Positions 1-7,464 of a DNA stretch of 64,000 nt are shown in pieces (position 1 is the first letter of the stretch; the number at the start of each line of letters is the position of its first letter). The notes under the pieces were generated by a model that was not told the origin of the DNA, searched no databases, and was given only the letters and a program-made list of their open reading frames with translations. The translations under genes were made by a program, and so were the position numbers. Source of the stretch: Clostridia bacterium (lineage in GTDB: Bacteria; Bacillota; Clostridia; Christensenellales; CAG-138); the NCBI GenBank assembly GCA_036654235.1, contig JAVVSK010000007.1:16055-80054 (forward strand). Direction: 5' to 3'.

Positions 1-969
1 AACGCCTGTAAGGTTAAAGCAATTTCAATGAATGAAGATAAGTCGGCCTCGATAGATAACAGCAAATGCATTTCTTGCGGGGCATGCGTTTATCAATGTC
101 CCTTTGGCGCGATAGCCGATAAATCTTTCATGATAAATGTTATAGATCTTATTAAAAAGAGCCGGGGTAATACGAAATATAAAATGTATGCTGTTGTAGC
201 GCCGTCTATTTCGAGCCAATTTACCTATGCTAAACTTGGGCAGGTGATAAGCGGAATAAAAGAGCTTGGATTCTTTACCGTCGTTGAAGCGGCTCTCGGT
301 GCGGACATGGTTGCGGTTAAGGAGACGAGGGAACTTGTCGAAAAGGGAATTTTGACGAGCTCATGTTGCCCCGCATTTGTAGACTATATAAAAAAGCAAT
401 TTCCGGATCTTGCTAAGTATATCTCGCATAATTTCTCTCCTATGGCGGCGATAGCGCAATACATAAAAGAGAGTGAGCCGGATTCGAAAATCGTATTTAT
501 AGGACCATGTACAGCAAAAAAAATGGAATTCCAAAAGGAAAATGTACGCCCATATGTCGATAGCGTAATTACTTTTGAGGAGTTACAGGCGCTCTTTGAT
601 AGCCGCGACCTAGATATAACGTCATTGCCCGAGGACGTATTGGACAACGCGTCATATTTTGGACGGATTTTTGCGCGCAGCGGCGGGCTTTCGGACGCGG
701 TTAAACAAGGGATAAAAGAGACCGGAAATGAACAGTTCGAACTAAAAGCTATCCCTTGCGACGGCATAGAAGCCTGTCGCGTTGCTCTCCTTAAGTTGTC
801 TAAAAACGTTTTACCGGGCAATTTTCTTGAGGGAATGGCGTGTACCGGAGGATGTATCGGAGGGGCAGGATGCCTAACGCACGGGGAAAAGAATAAAGCC
901 GAGGTGGATAAATACGGTATGGAAGCATACGAAAAAACTATCACGGATGCAATTTCAGTGCTGAAATAA
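1..969 (+). CDS. [FeFe]-hydrogenase-like protein, 5' end outside window (4Fe-4S ferredoxin domain + compact H-cluster domain)
   Basis: Frame 1 is open from base 1 (NACKVKAIS precedes the first Met), so the gene starts upstream of the window. It has a CISCGACVYQCP 4Fe-4S motif. The three H-cluster signature motifs then follow in order: LTSSCCPAF, GPCTAKKME, EGMACTGGCIGGAG. A hairpin plus T-run lies just downstream. Confidence 0.8.
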   Translation, partial: NACKVKAISMNEDKSASIDNSKCISCGACVYQCPFGAIADKSFMINVIDLIKKSRGNTKYKMYAVVAPSISSQFTYAKLGQVISGIKELGFFTVVEAALGADMVAVKETRELVEKGILTSSCCPAFVDYIKKQFPDLAKYISHNFSPMAAIAQYIKESEPDSKIVFIGPCTAKKMEFQKENVRPYVDSVITFEELQALFDSRDLDITSLPEDVLDNASYFGRIFARSGGLSDAVKQGIKETGNEQFELKAIPCDGIEACRVALLKLSKNVLPGNFLEGMACTGGCIGGAGCLTHGEKNKAEVDKYGMEAYEKTITDAISVLK

Positions 970-987
970 CTATTCGATAATTATATT

Positions 988-1031
988 ATATCGGCATCAT
1001 CGATACAAACGGTGATGCCGATATTTTTATT
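988..1031 (+). terminator. Rho-independent terminator of the hydrogenase-like gene
   Basis: A 12-bp perfect stem ATATCGGCATCA / TGATGCCGATAT (988-999 / 1013-1024) is followed by TTTTTATTT, 19 nt after the stop codon. Confidence 0.7.
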
Positions 1032-1068
1032 TAACACTTATTTTGTAGTTTCAATAAATTCCGGTTTT

Positions 1069-1099
1069 CCTATATGCTGTCTAAAATACAGCATATGGG
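1069..1099 (-). terminator. Inverted repeat downstream of the MutS-like gene; possible terminator without U-tract
   Basis: A 12-bp stem CCTATATGCTGT / ACAGCATATGGG (one G-U pair) encloses a 7-nt loop, 29 nt past the minus-strand stop at 1128. No T-run follows on the minus strand, so the call is weak. Confidence 0.3.
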
Positions 1100-1127
1100 C
1101 TTATATGTTCCTGTCGGAATAATAAAG

Positions 1128-2561
1128 TCAATCGGGAAACAACATGTTGATTTCGTTGTCATCAAGGAGCAACCTACAAATATTTTCCGCATCCTTTGGG
1201 CAGGGGTCGTTCTTATCGGTTTCGATAAGACCAAAGTCCATGAAGCGCGCTATAGCCGTTATCCCGCTTAATCCGGAACGGACGAGGGCGCGCGCTTCAT
1301 CTTTATCGAAGCTCATTAGCCCCTTCACCCGATAGTGTTTACTTGCGTAGCAAGTAACATTGTCAAAATGCGTAGTAATTACGGAAAACGATGGTTTAGC
1401 GCTAAGGAGAGTTACTAGGCGGCGGGCGAGAAGGGCACCCTCATCGGGGTTCGTCCCGCGCGCAAACTCATCTATCATTATAAATGAGTCCGCGCTCATA
1501 TGCTTCAGAACCGTTTTTAGCGCGATAATTTCTCCACCAAAAGACGAAAGCGATCGCGAAACATCCTCTTTGTCTTCGTTTATCATAAATATATGCGAGA
1601 ATACAGGCGTTTTAAACGATTCAGAAAACGCGAAAAGACCCGCATGGACGAGGAAGGAATTTAGCGCGAGAGTTTTAAGGGCAACGGATTTTCCACCCAT
1701 GTTTGCCCCTGTTATAACGGTTGATCCGCGCGCGAGAGAGATTGAGACCGGCGTAAACGAAAGACCTTTTTGTTCTAAATTTTCTTTTATTTCGATATTT
1801 ATCATTCCTTTGGCTTCAAAGCAGTTTGAATTGAGAACGGGCTTAACCGCGTTATATTCAATAGCAAGGTGCGCGCGGGAGATAGTAAAATCGAGCTTTG
1901 CGATGGATTCTATGTTTTTTTCAACGTCGTTGAGGTATGGGCGAAGCTGTATAGTTAGCTCGGTGAGGGCTATTTCTTCCTCATTTTCCTCGAGAACCGC
2001 CAACTCTTGCCTTTTATTAATAAGATCAGTCGCTTGCGCGGGGAGAGCTGAACGAATTTTAACTTCGAGAGCACGTTTTTCATCGCGTATAGGTTTAAGC
2101 TTAGAATTCATTTTTTCGCTTATAAAAAAACTTGAAAGTCTGGATCCGTCGGGATCTATAAGCTTTAAAGCATCTTCGCATCTAAATATATCTATTTTTT
2201 TAAACTCAGCAGTAGCCGTCATCTCGTCAAAAAGTGGAGCGATAATTTCGAGCTGTAAAAGAAAGCGCTTCAACTCAAACATCTCAACTTCGTCTAAACT
2301 TGAGCCATGAGCGCGCGCAACGGATCTTCTTATATCGCGAAGCTGCATAAGCGATATTTCAAGCCTATTGACAGCTTTTCCGGTTGTTTTAATGGCTTTT
2401 ATCGCCGCTTCGACATTGTCAAGCTCAATTTGAAGCTCATCACGATTAAAAAAACGCGGACGCTTTATAAGCTCCGCACCATAGGGAGAGTTTGCGCGAA
2501 GAAGTCCAAATACGTATGAAAAACCGGTAGCATGTTTCATTCCGTCCGATATGGTTAGCAT
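1128..2561 (-). CDS. MutS-family ATPase (domain V type only; no mismatch-binding domain, no Smr domain)
   Basis: Walker A ITGANMGGKSVALKT, Walker B FIMIDEFARGTNPDEG and a TTHF motif match the MutS ABC-ATPase core. The N-terminal ~270 aa are coiled-coil-like (core/clamp-like). GAGGTG RBS. The start overlaps the upstream stop by 7 nt. Confidence 0.75.
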   Translation of the reverse strand: MLTISDGMKHATGFSYVFGLLRANSPYGAELIKRPRFFNRDELQIELDNVEAAIKAIKTTGKAVNRLEISLMQLRDIRRSVARAHGSSLDEVEMFELKRFLLQLEIIAPLFDEMTATAEFKKIDIFRCEDALKLIDPDGSRLSSFFISEKMNSKLKPIRDEKRALEVKIRSALPAQATDLINKRQELAVLEENEEEIALTELTIQLRPYLNDVEKNIESIAKLDFTISRAHLAIEYNAVKPVLNSNCFEAKGMINIEIKENLEQKGLSFTPVSISLARGSTVITGANMGGKSVALKTLALNSFLVHAGLFAFSESFKTPVFSHIFMINEDKEDVSRSLSSFGGEIIALKTVLKHMSADSFIMIDEFARGTNPDEGALLARRLVTLLSAKPSFSVITTHFDNVTCYASKHYRVKGLMSFDKDEARALVRSGLSGITAIARFMDFGLIETDKNDPCPKDAENICRLLLDDNEINMLFPD

Positions 2562-3547
2562 TTGTTCACCTCGTTCATAACGTTTAAAACAGGAATATTA
2601 TATTTAGCGAGAGCGTTTTTCATGGTATTTTCAAAATTTGTTGCGTTAAAACCCGTGCCGTAAGCGGAAAATGGGTTTATCGTTACACAAACGAGTCTTA
2701 TAGGTTGTTCGACCATAAAACAAATATTCTTTAACGCTAGCTTTTCGAACATAGCTTCGCTCAGCATTATTTTAGTGGGATCGTCCGCGACAATCGTCAT
2801 ATTTTTAAATCTGAAAAATTTTTCGGCTACCGTACCCGTTATAGCGCCGAAGCAGCGGACGTATTTAATAAACGGAAAATCGATGAGCATATCCAGCCCA
2901 TGCGTAAACTCAATTATCTCGCCGTCATTTATAGCGACGGGGGATGCGCGTTTTTCTATATCGGAGAATCCGGAAAACCCGGGTAACGAAAACAAATTTA
3001 CCGCGTAGGCTGTCTTTTTTACAACAGAGTCAAGACCTTTACTTAAAGATGCGCCCGTAGAGAGTATCGCCCCATCAGAAAGTTTAGGTACGCTAAGGCT
3101 CTTTCTGCTTATAGCCCCATCAATTATAACGCGAGAAACCCCAAATACACAGAGCATTTCGCAGAGTTTCATGAGCGAATCTACAGTAGAGGGTCCGGAT
3201 AAAACAACTTTCCCCCCGCTCTTTGCGCGAGCGACTATAACTTCACCCATAGCGGTATAAACGCCGGTCGTCATGAGAATTTCTTTAGTTATATCGGAAA
3301 GTCTGAGGGCGCTTACGCTGGTTGCGATAATCGTATCTTCGCGGACGTAAATTTCGGGCTTTTTCGTCGCGGTAACGATATCTACCTCTTCGCCATCGCT
3401 CCCGATAGAGGTAAGCGCAAATCCGAATTCGCCATGGTCATAAAGCGCTTTAACGCATGCGTTTAGTACGGTCGTCTTCCCGGCATTTTTGCACATTCCT
3501 GCAATTGTCAATGTTTTTACATCGCGTATAAGTTCATATAAATTCAT
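2555..3547 (-). CDS. P-loop NTPase-like protein of unknown function
   Basis: N-terminal Walker-A-like GMCKNAGKTTV. I recognise no other motif. Its start overlaps the PHP gene stop by 4 nt, and its own stop overlaps the MutS-like start. Confidence 0.5.
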   Translation of the reverse strand: MNLYELIRDVKTLTIAGMCKNAGKTTVLNACVKALYDHGEFGFALTSIGSDGEEVDIVTATKKPEIYVREDTIIATSVSALRLSDITKEILMTTGVYTAMGEVIVARAKSGGKVVLSGPSTVDSLMKLCEMLCVFGVSRVIIDGAISRKSLSVPKLSDGAILSTGASLSKGLDSVVKKTAYAVNLFSLPGFSGFSDIEKRASPVAINDGEIIEFTHGLDMLIDFPFIKYVRCFGAITGTVAEKFFRFKNMTIVADDPTKIMLSEAMFEKLALKNICFMVEQPIRLVCVTINPFSAYGTGFNATNFENTMKNALAKYNIPVLNVMNEVNKC

Positions 3548-4245
3548 CGCTTTTCACCGATCTTTTTTAAAAACGCATTGACGCTTCTTTCGGGTAAATC
3601 GATAAAGCTTTCGCGTTCGAGTATCGAGTCTAAATTATGCGCATCGGATGAAAAAAGAGTATGATACATAGAGACATCTATTGAAATCGGAAGTCCATTA
3701 TATATCTCTACCGTTGAAAAGTTGAGGGACGACGGTATAAATCCCATATTTATAAGAATAGAGTTCGAAGTACGATTTATATGTGCCGGGACGGTAACTC
3801 CGCCGAGATTTCGGACGAGGGTGCAAAGCTTATCTATAGACAACATTGTCGATTGAATAAGGAGCTTATCAAATGTTCCGATAAACTCATCGTTTTCATC
3901 TAAAATATTTTGCTCTCCGAAGAATTTAGGCTTATTTTTTACGTTCGGAAGAGCTTCGTTAAGAGCGGCGGAAAGTTCAAGAGCGACAGCAACCGAGGGC
4001 ATATAGCAAAGAACATGAACTTCCTCAACGCTTTCCGCTTCGATAGCGGGGATTAAAAGAATATCAAGAGAATCCGCTATAGCTTTAATAGGCGGAAGGT
4101 TAAGGGCAGAGTTATGATCGCTAACGGCTATCATATCAAGCCCTTTTAACTTTGCCATATTGACTATATTGTTAGGCGTCATTAGCTCATCGCCGCATGG
4201 CGATAAGCAAGAATGAATATGAAGATCCGACGCGAATCTACTCAT
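3544..4245 (-). CDS. PHP-domain metal-dependent phosphoesterase
   Basis: N-terminal DLHIHSCLSPCGD and AVSDHNS His/Asp motifs are typical of the PHP fold, and a later SSDAH motif is present. There is a 4-nt overlap with both neighbours. Confidence 0.75.
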   Translation of the reverse strand: MSRFASDLHIHSCLSPCGDELMTPNNIVNMAKLKGLDMIAVSDHNSALNLPPIKAIADSLDILLIPAIEAESVEEVHVLCYMPSVAVALELSAALNEALPNVKNKPKFFGEQNILDENDEFIGTFDKLLIQSTMLSIDKLCTLVRNLGGVTVPAHINRTSNSILINMGFIPSSLNFSTVEIYNGLPISIDVSMYHTLFSSDAHNLDSILERESFIDLPERSVNAFLKKIGEKR

Positions 4246-4586
4246 TGCTCCGCGGGCTTTATATGAAGATCATGCATTATACCGCAAACAGCGTAGGCGG
4301 AAAGCGGAGTTTCGATTATTGCGACGGATTCCTCATCCGCCTTATCGACGGAAAACTGTTCGGTTGTCATTCCCTCGGGCACTATTATACAAGCCATCTC
4401 GTGTAGAGATGCAATCGCGATTACGTTAAGATGCGTCTGTACCGTTACCCATGCGCACCCGGAGGCGCCGCGCGCCATTACGAAACTCAAAAGATCGCAT
4501 ACAAGTCCACATTGGATTTCCGCATCTGCCCCAAAAGTTGTCTTGAGTTTACCCTGTACCGCATTGCAAAGTTCGCTAACTTTCAT
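4242..4586 (-). CDS. DRTGG-domain protein
   Basis: The 114-aa protein has the size and pattern of stand-alone DRTGG domains (LLSFVMARG...VTVQTHLNVIAIASLHEMACIIVPEG). GAGGA RBS. It starts 10 nt downstream of the preceding gene. Confidence 0.6.
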   Translation of the reverse strand: MKVSELCNAVQGKLKTTFGADAEIQCGLVCDLLSFVMARGASGCAWVTVQTHLNVIAIASLHEMACIIVPEGMTTEQFSVDKADEESVAIIETPLSAYAVCGIMHDLHIKPAEQ

Positions 4587-4596
4587 AAAATTATCC

Positions 4597-5832
4597 TCAC
4601 TGCTGAATGAAATTTATGGCCAACGCGCCATATACGTTAAACATTATTCCCAAAACCATTATAACTCTCTCATATCTTTCGAGCTTCCATTTTCTTTGCA
4701 TAATTATATAGAAGAACGCAAAGGGTATGAGATCACAAGTATATCGCGCGCCAAACTGCCACCCACCGAGGGTTTTGTGCATACACAATAAAATTATATT
4801 GAGCGCCATCATGAGAACGATTATAAGCTGCGTAGTCTTAAAACGCTTTTTAATTATATCACGTATTATATACACCGCCATAAGTAAAAATATTGGGTTT
4901 GCAATATAGAACCAAAATCCGTTAAACCACGGGAACTTTAGCCGGAAATCACCCGTTATCTCAATCGGCCGAATGAACAGATTGTAGAGGTTTTGACCAA
5001 GGTAGGAAAAGCTGAACTGTCCATTTTGGGATTCCGTAAACTCGGGGAGATAGTTATGACCGAATTCAAGCGGGTTTCCAAAGCGGGCGTAGTTATAAAG
5101 CATATAAGATGCGCCTATCAATATCGGCGCGATTAGGCATGGGAGCTGCTTGCAGATATTTTTGAAAATGCCAAGCTCCTTATTTTCACTATAATCCTGA
5201 ATAAAGAAAACAATAAACAGCACGGGGAAATATAAAAGCGACAGCGGTCGGCAGCCAACGGCGAGAGCCAACAAAAGGTAAGCTAAAACGCGCTTATTTT
5301 TAAGAACGCAGAAAATAGAAGCGAGGCAGAATAACATATTGAGCTGTTGCGCCTGAAACCAAACGCCACCGCTAGTACTCATCCAAAACGTATTAGCACC
5401 CCAAACTACGAACATGGCGATAAACGCAGAGGTGACATCTTTAACGCCCGTATGCCTTAGACATTTATAAGCAAAAACCGCGCTTATTATACAGTAACAT
5501 GCATTTACGAAATTGTTCGGTGTATTATATCCGAATATGAAGGTAAGGGGAAGCATTAGTACCGAGGGGAGGGGAGGGAAGCTCACATAATATTTTCCGT
5601 TAAAAATAGCGAGTTCCAACCATGATATATTTTCTCCTAGATCCATTCGTCCTTCACGCCAAGCCATGGCCTGTCGTGTATAACTATCCCATTGGCAGTG
5701 AGAGAATAAAGTTCCTCCTAAAAGGTCATGTATAAGAATATAACCGACAAACATGATAAGTATCATGCAAAACATAGACCAATCAAAAGAAAATTGCTTT
5801 TTTTGTTCGTTTATCGTCAATTGCTCCATCAA
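4597..5832 (-). CDS. Polytopic membrane protein, GT-C (ArnT/PMT-like) glycosyltransferase-like
   Basis: The 411-aa protein has about 10 or more hydrophobic segments and aromatic-rich loops. The resemblance to GT-C fold glycosyltransferases is judged by eye only. It is the first gene of the packed minus-strand operon. Confidence 0.4.
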   Translation of the reverse strand: MMEQLTINEQKKQFSFDWSMFCMILIMFVGYILIHDLLGGTLFSHCQWDSYTRQAMAWREGRMDLGENISWLELAIFNGKYYVSFPPLPSVLMLPLTFIFGYNTPNNFVNACYCIISAVFAYKCLRHTGVKDVTSAFIAMFVVWGANTFWMSTSGGVWFQAQQLNMLFCLASIFCVLKNKRVLAYLLLALAVGCRPLSLLYFPVLFIVFFIQDYSENKELGIFKNICKQLPCLIAPILIGASYMLYNYARFGNPLEFGHNYLPEFTESQNGQFSFSYLGQNLYNLFIRPIEITGDFRLKFPWFNGFWFYIANPIFLLMAVYIIRDIIKKRFKTTQLIIVLMMALNIILLCMHKTLGGWQFGARYTCDLIPFAFFYIIMQRKWKLERYERVIMVLGIMFNVYGALAINFIQQ

Positions 5833-5957
5833 TGTTATTTATCCTTCCAATGTAATTATTAAACAGCCCTTCTTATCATACAAAAAAAAACATATTTTTG
5901 CAACGGCAAAGTTGAAGGGATTCATGCGTTTTGTCTGTTATTGCAAACAGATAATAC

Positions 5958-5985
5958 TTGAATATATAACGAAAAGGGTTATAAT
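5958..5985 (+). promoter_or_regulatory. Candidate sigma-A promoter for miaB operon
   Basis: TTGAAT (5958-5963), 16-nt spacer, TATAAT (5980-5985), about 65 nt upstream of the miaB ATG. Confidence 0.4.
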
Positions 5986-6048
5986 GGTGTATAAGATAAG
6001 AAGGTTGGAGTGTCTAAATAATGGCGCTTCTTTAAAGGTATAGTTTAA

Positions 6049-7452
6049 ATGAATAAAGAGATTTTCGTCTCTGAAACGACAATAGAAGAAAATAAAAAAA
6101 TATGCACCCAAATCAAAGATGCTTTGGACGGCAAAAAAAAGAAATATATAGTTGAATCGTTCGGATGTCAGATGAATGAGCATGATGCGGAAAAGCTCCG
6201 CGCAGCGCTTACTTTAATGGGCTACGAGAAAACGGATATTAAGGGCGATGCCGACGTTATAATATTCAATACTTGCTGCGTTCGTGAACATGCGGAAAAG
6301 CGCGTCTTTGGCAACATAGGTGCCTTAAAAAAACTAAAGGATGAAAAACCCTGGCTCATAATAGGTGTATGTGGATGCATGATGCAACAAAAAGAGGTGA
6401 GTGACCATCTTTTTAAGAGATTTCCATTTGTTAATATCATATTCGGTACGCATGAATTACATCTTTTTCCGGAGATGATGCTTTCAGTATTGAACGGGGA
6501 GCGGGTAAAGCAAGTTAAAAATATTGATGGAGAAATAGCCGAGGGGCTTCCTATTCTTAGATCCGGTACTTTTTCAACGAGCGTAAATATAATGTATGGC
6601 TGCAATAACTTCTGTACTTATTGTATCGTTCCGTATGTTCGTGGGCGGGAACGCTCAAGACGCTTTGAAGATATACGGGATGAAGTTGAAGGTCTTGCAT
6701 TTAATAATTTTAAAGAGATTACACTTCTTGGGCAGAACGTAAATTCATATCATGATAATATTTCGGGGATGAATTTTCCGCGTCTTCTTTTGGAGCTTTC
6801 TAAAATAAACGGCATAGATCGCGTTAGGTTTATGACTTCTCACCCTAAGGATCTTTCGGACGAGCTAATAGATGTAATGGCATCATGCGAAAAGGTCTGT
6901 AAGCATATTCATCTTCCGGTTCAATCGGGGAGTACGGCGGTTTTACACGCAATGAATAGGGGGTATACGAGGGAACGTTACCTTTCTCTCGTTGAAAAGC
7001 TCCGCGCCTCTGTACTAGATATCGGTATAACGACGGATATTATAGTCGGATTTCCGGGTGAAACCGACGAGGATTTCCGAGATACGCTCTCTCTTATGGA
7101 AGCCGTTCACTTTTCCACCGCATATACGTTTATGTATTCAAAGAGAAAGGGGACGAAGGCGGCGGTAATGGATAATCAGGTTCCTGAGGATACGAAAAAA
7201 GCGCGGCTACACGAGCTGAACGAGTTACAGGCGCAACTTTTAAAGAACGATAACGAAAAATTTATCGGGCAAGTCGGTTCTGTTCTCGTCGAAGGTGTCG
7301 ATAAGCGCGGCGAAGAAGAAACCGCCTTTGGAAAACTTAGCTGTTTTAAAACGGTGTATTTTAGCGGAGGGGACGATCTTATAGGCAAAATGGTAGACGT
7401 TGAAATAACAGATACCCATCATAATTCGCTTATAGGAAGGTCGCTTTTGTAA
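6049..7452 (+). CDS. miaB: tRNA (N6-isopentenyl-A37) methylthiotransferase MiaB
   Basis: N-terminal UPF0004 motif FGCQMNEHD, radical-SAM CNNFCTYC and a C-terminal TRAM-like domain. It sits in the conserved position upstream of mutS-mutL. Confidence 0.9.
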   Translation: MNKEIFVSETTIEENKKICTQIKDALDGKKKKYIVESFGCQMNEHDAEKLRAALTLMGYEKTDIKGDADVIIFNTCCVREHAEKRVFGNIGALKKLKDEKPWLIIGVCGCMMQQKEVSDHLFKRFPFVNIIFGTHELHLFPEMMLSVLNGERVKQVKNIDGEIAEGLPILRSGTFSTSVNIMYGCNNFCTYCIVPYVRGRERSRRFEDIRDEVEGLAFNNFKEITLLGQNVNSYHDNISGMNFPRLLLELSKINGIDRVRFMTSHPKDLSDELIDVMASCEKVCKHIHLPVQSGSTAVLHAMNRGYTRERYLSLVEKLRASVLDIGITTDIIVGFPGETDEDFRDTLSLMEAVHFSTAYTFMYSKRKGTKAAVMDNQVPEDTKKARLHELNELQAQLLKNDNEKFIGQVGSVLVEGVDKRGEEETAFGKLSCFKTVYFSGGDDLIGKMVDVEITDTHHNSLIGRSLL

Positions 7453-7464
7453 AAAAGGAGAAAA

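Noticed and set aside
1360-2310. A 316-aa plus-strand ORF inside the MutS-like gene. Similar long antisense ORFs occur at 384-944, 20068-20619, 21836-22192, 23352-23876, 34660-35166, 36085-36480, 38497-38925, 54034-54531 and 55253-55840.
   Set aside because: All are Ser/Arg/Ile-rich shadows on the strand opposite genes with clear family motifs. None has a convincing RBS or a recognisable domain.
1128-2561. Interpreting the 477-aa MutS-like protein as MutS2 (recombination-suppressing endonuclease) or as a second mismatch-repair MutS.
   Set aside because: It lacks the C-terminal Smr nuclease domain of MutS2 and the N-terminal mismatch-binding domain of MutS1, and the canonical mutS-mutL pair is present at 7465-11919. 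I kept it as a MutS-domain-V ATPase of unknown role.
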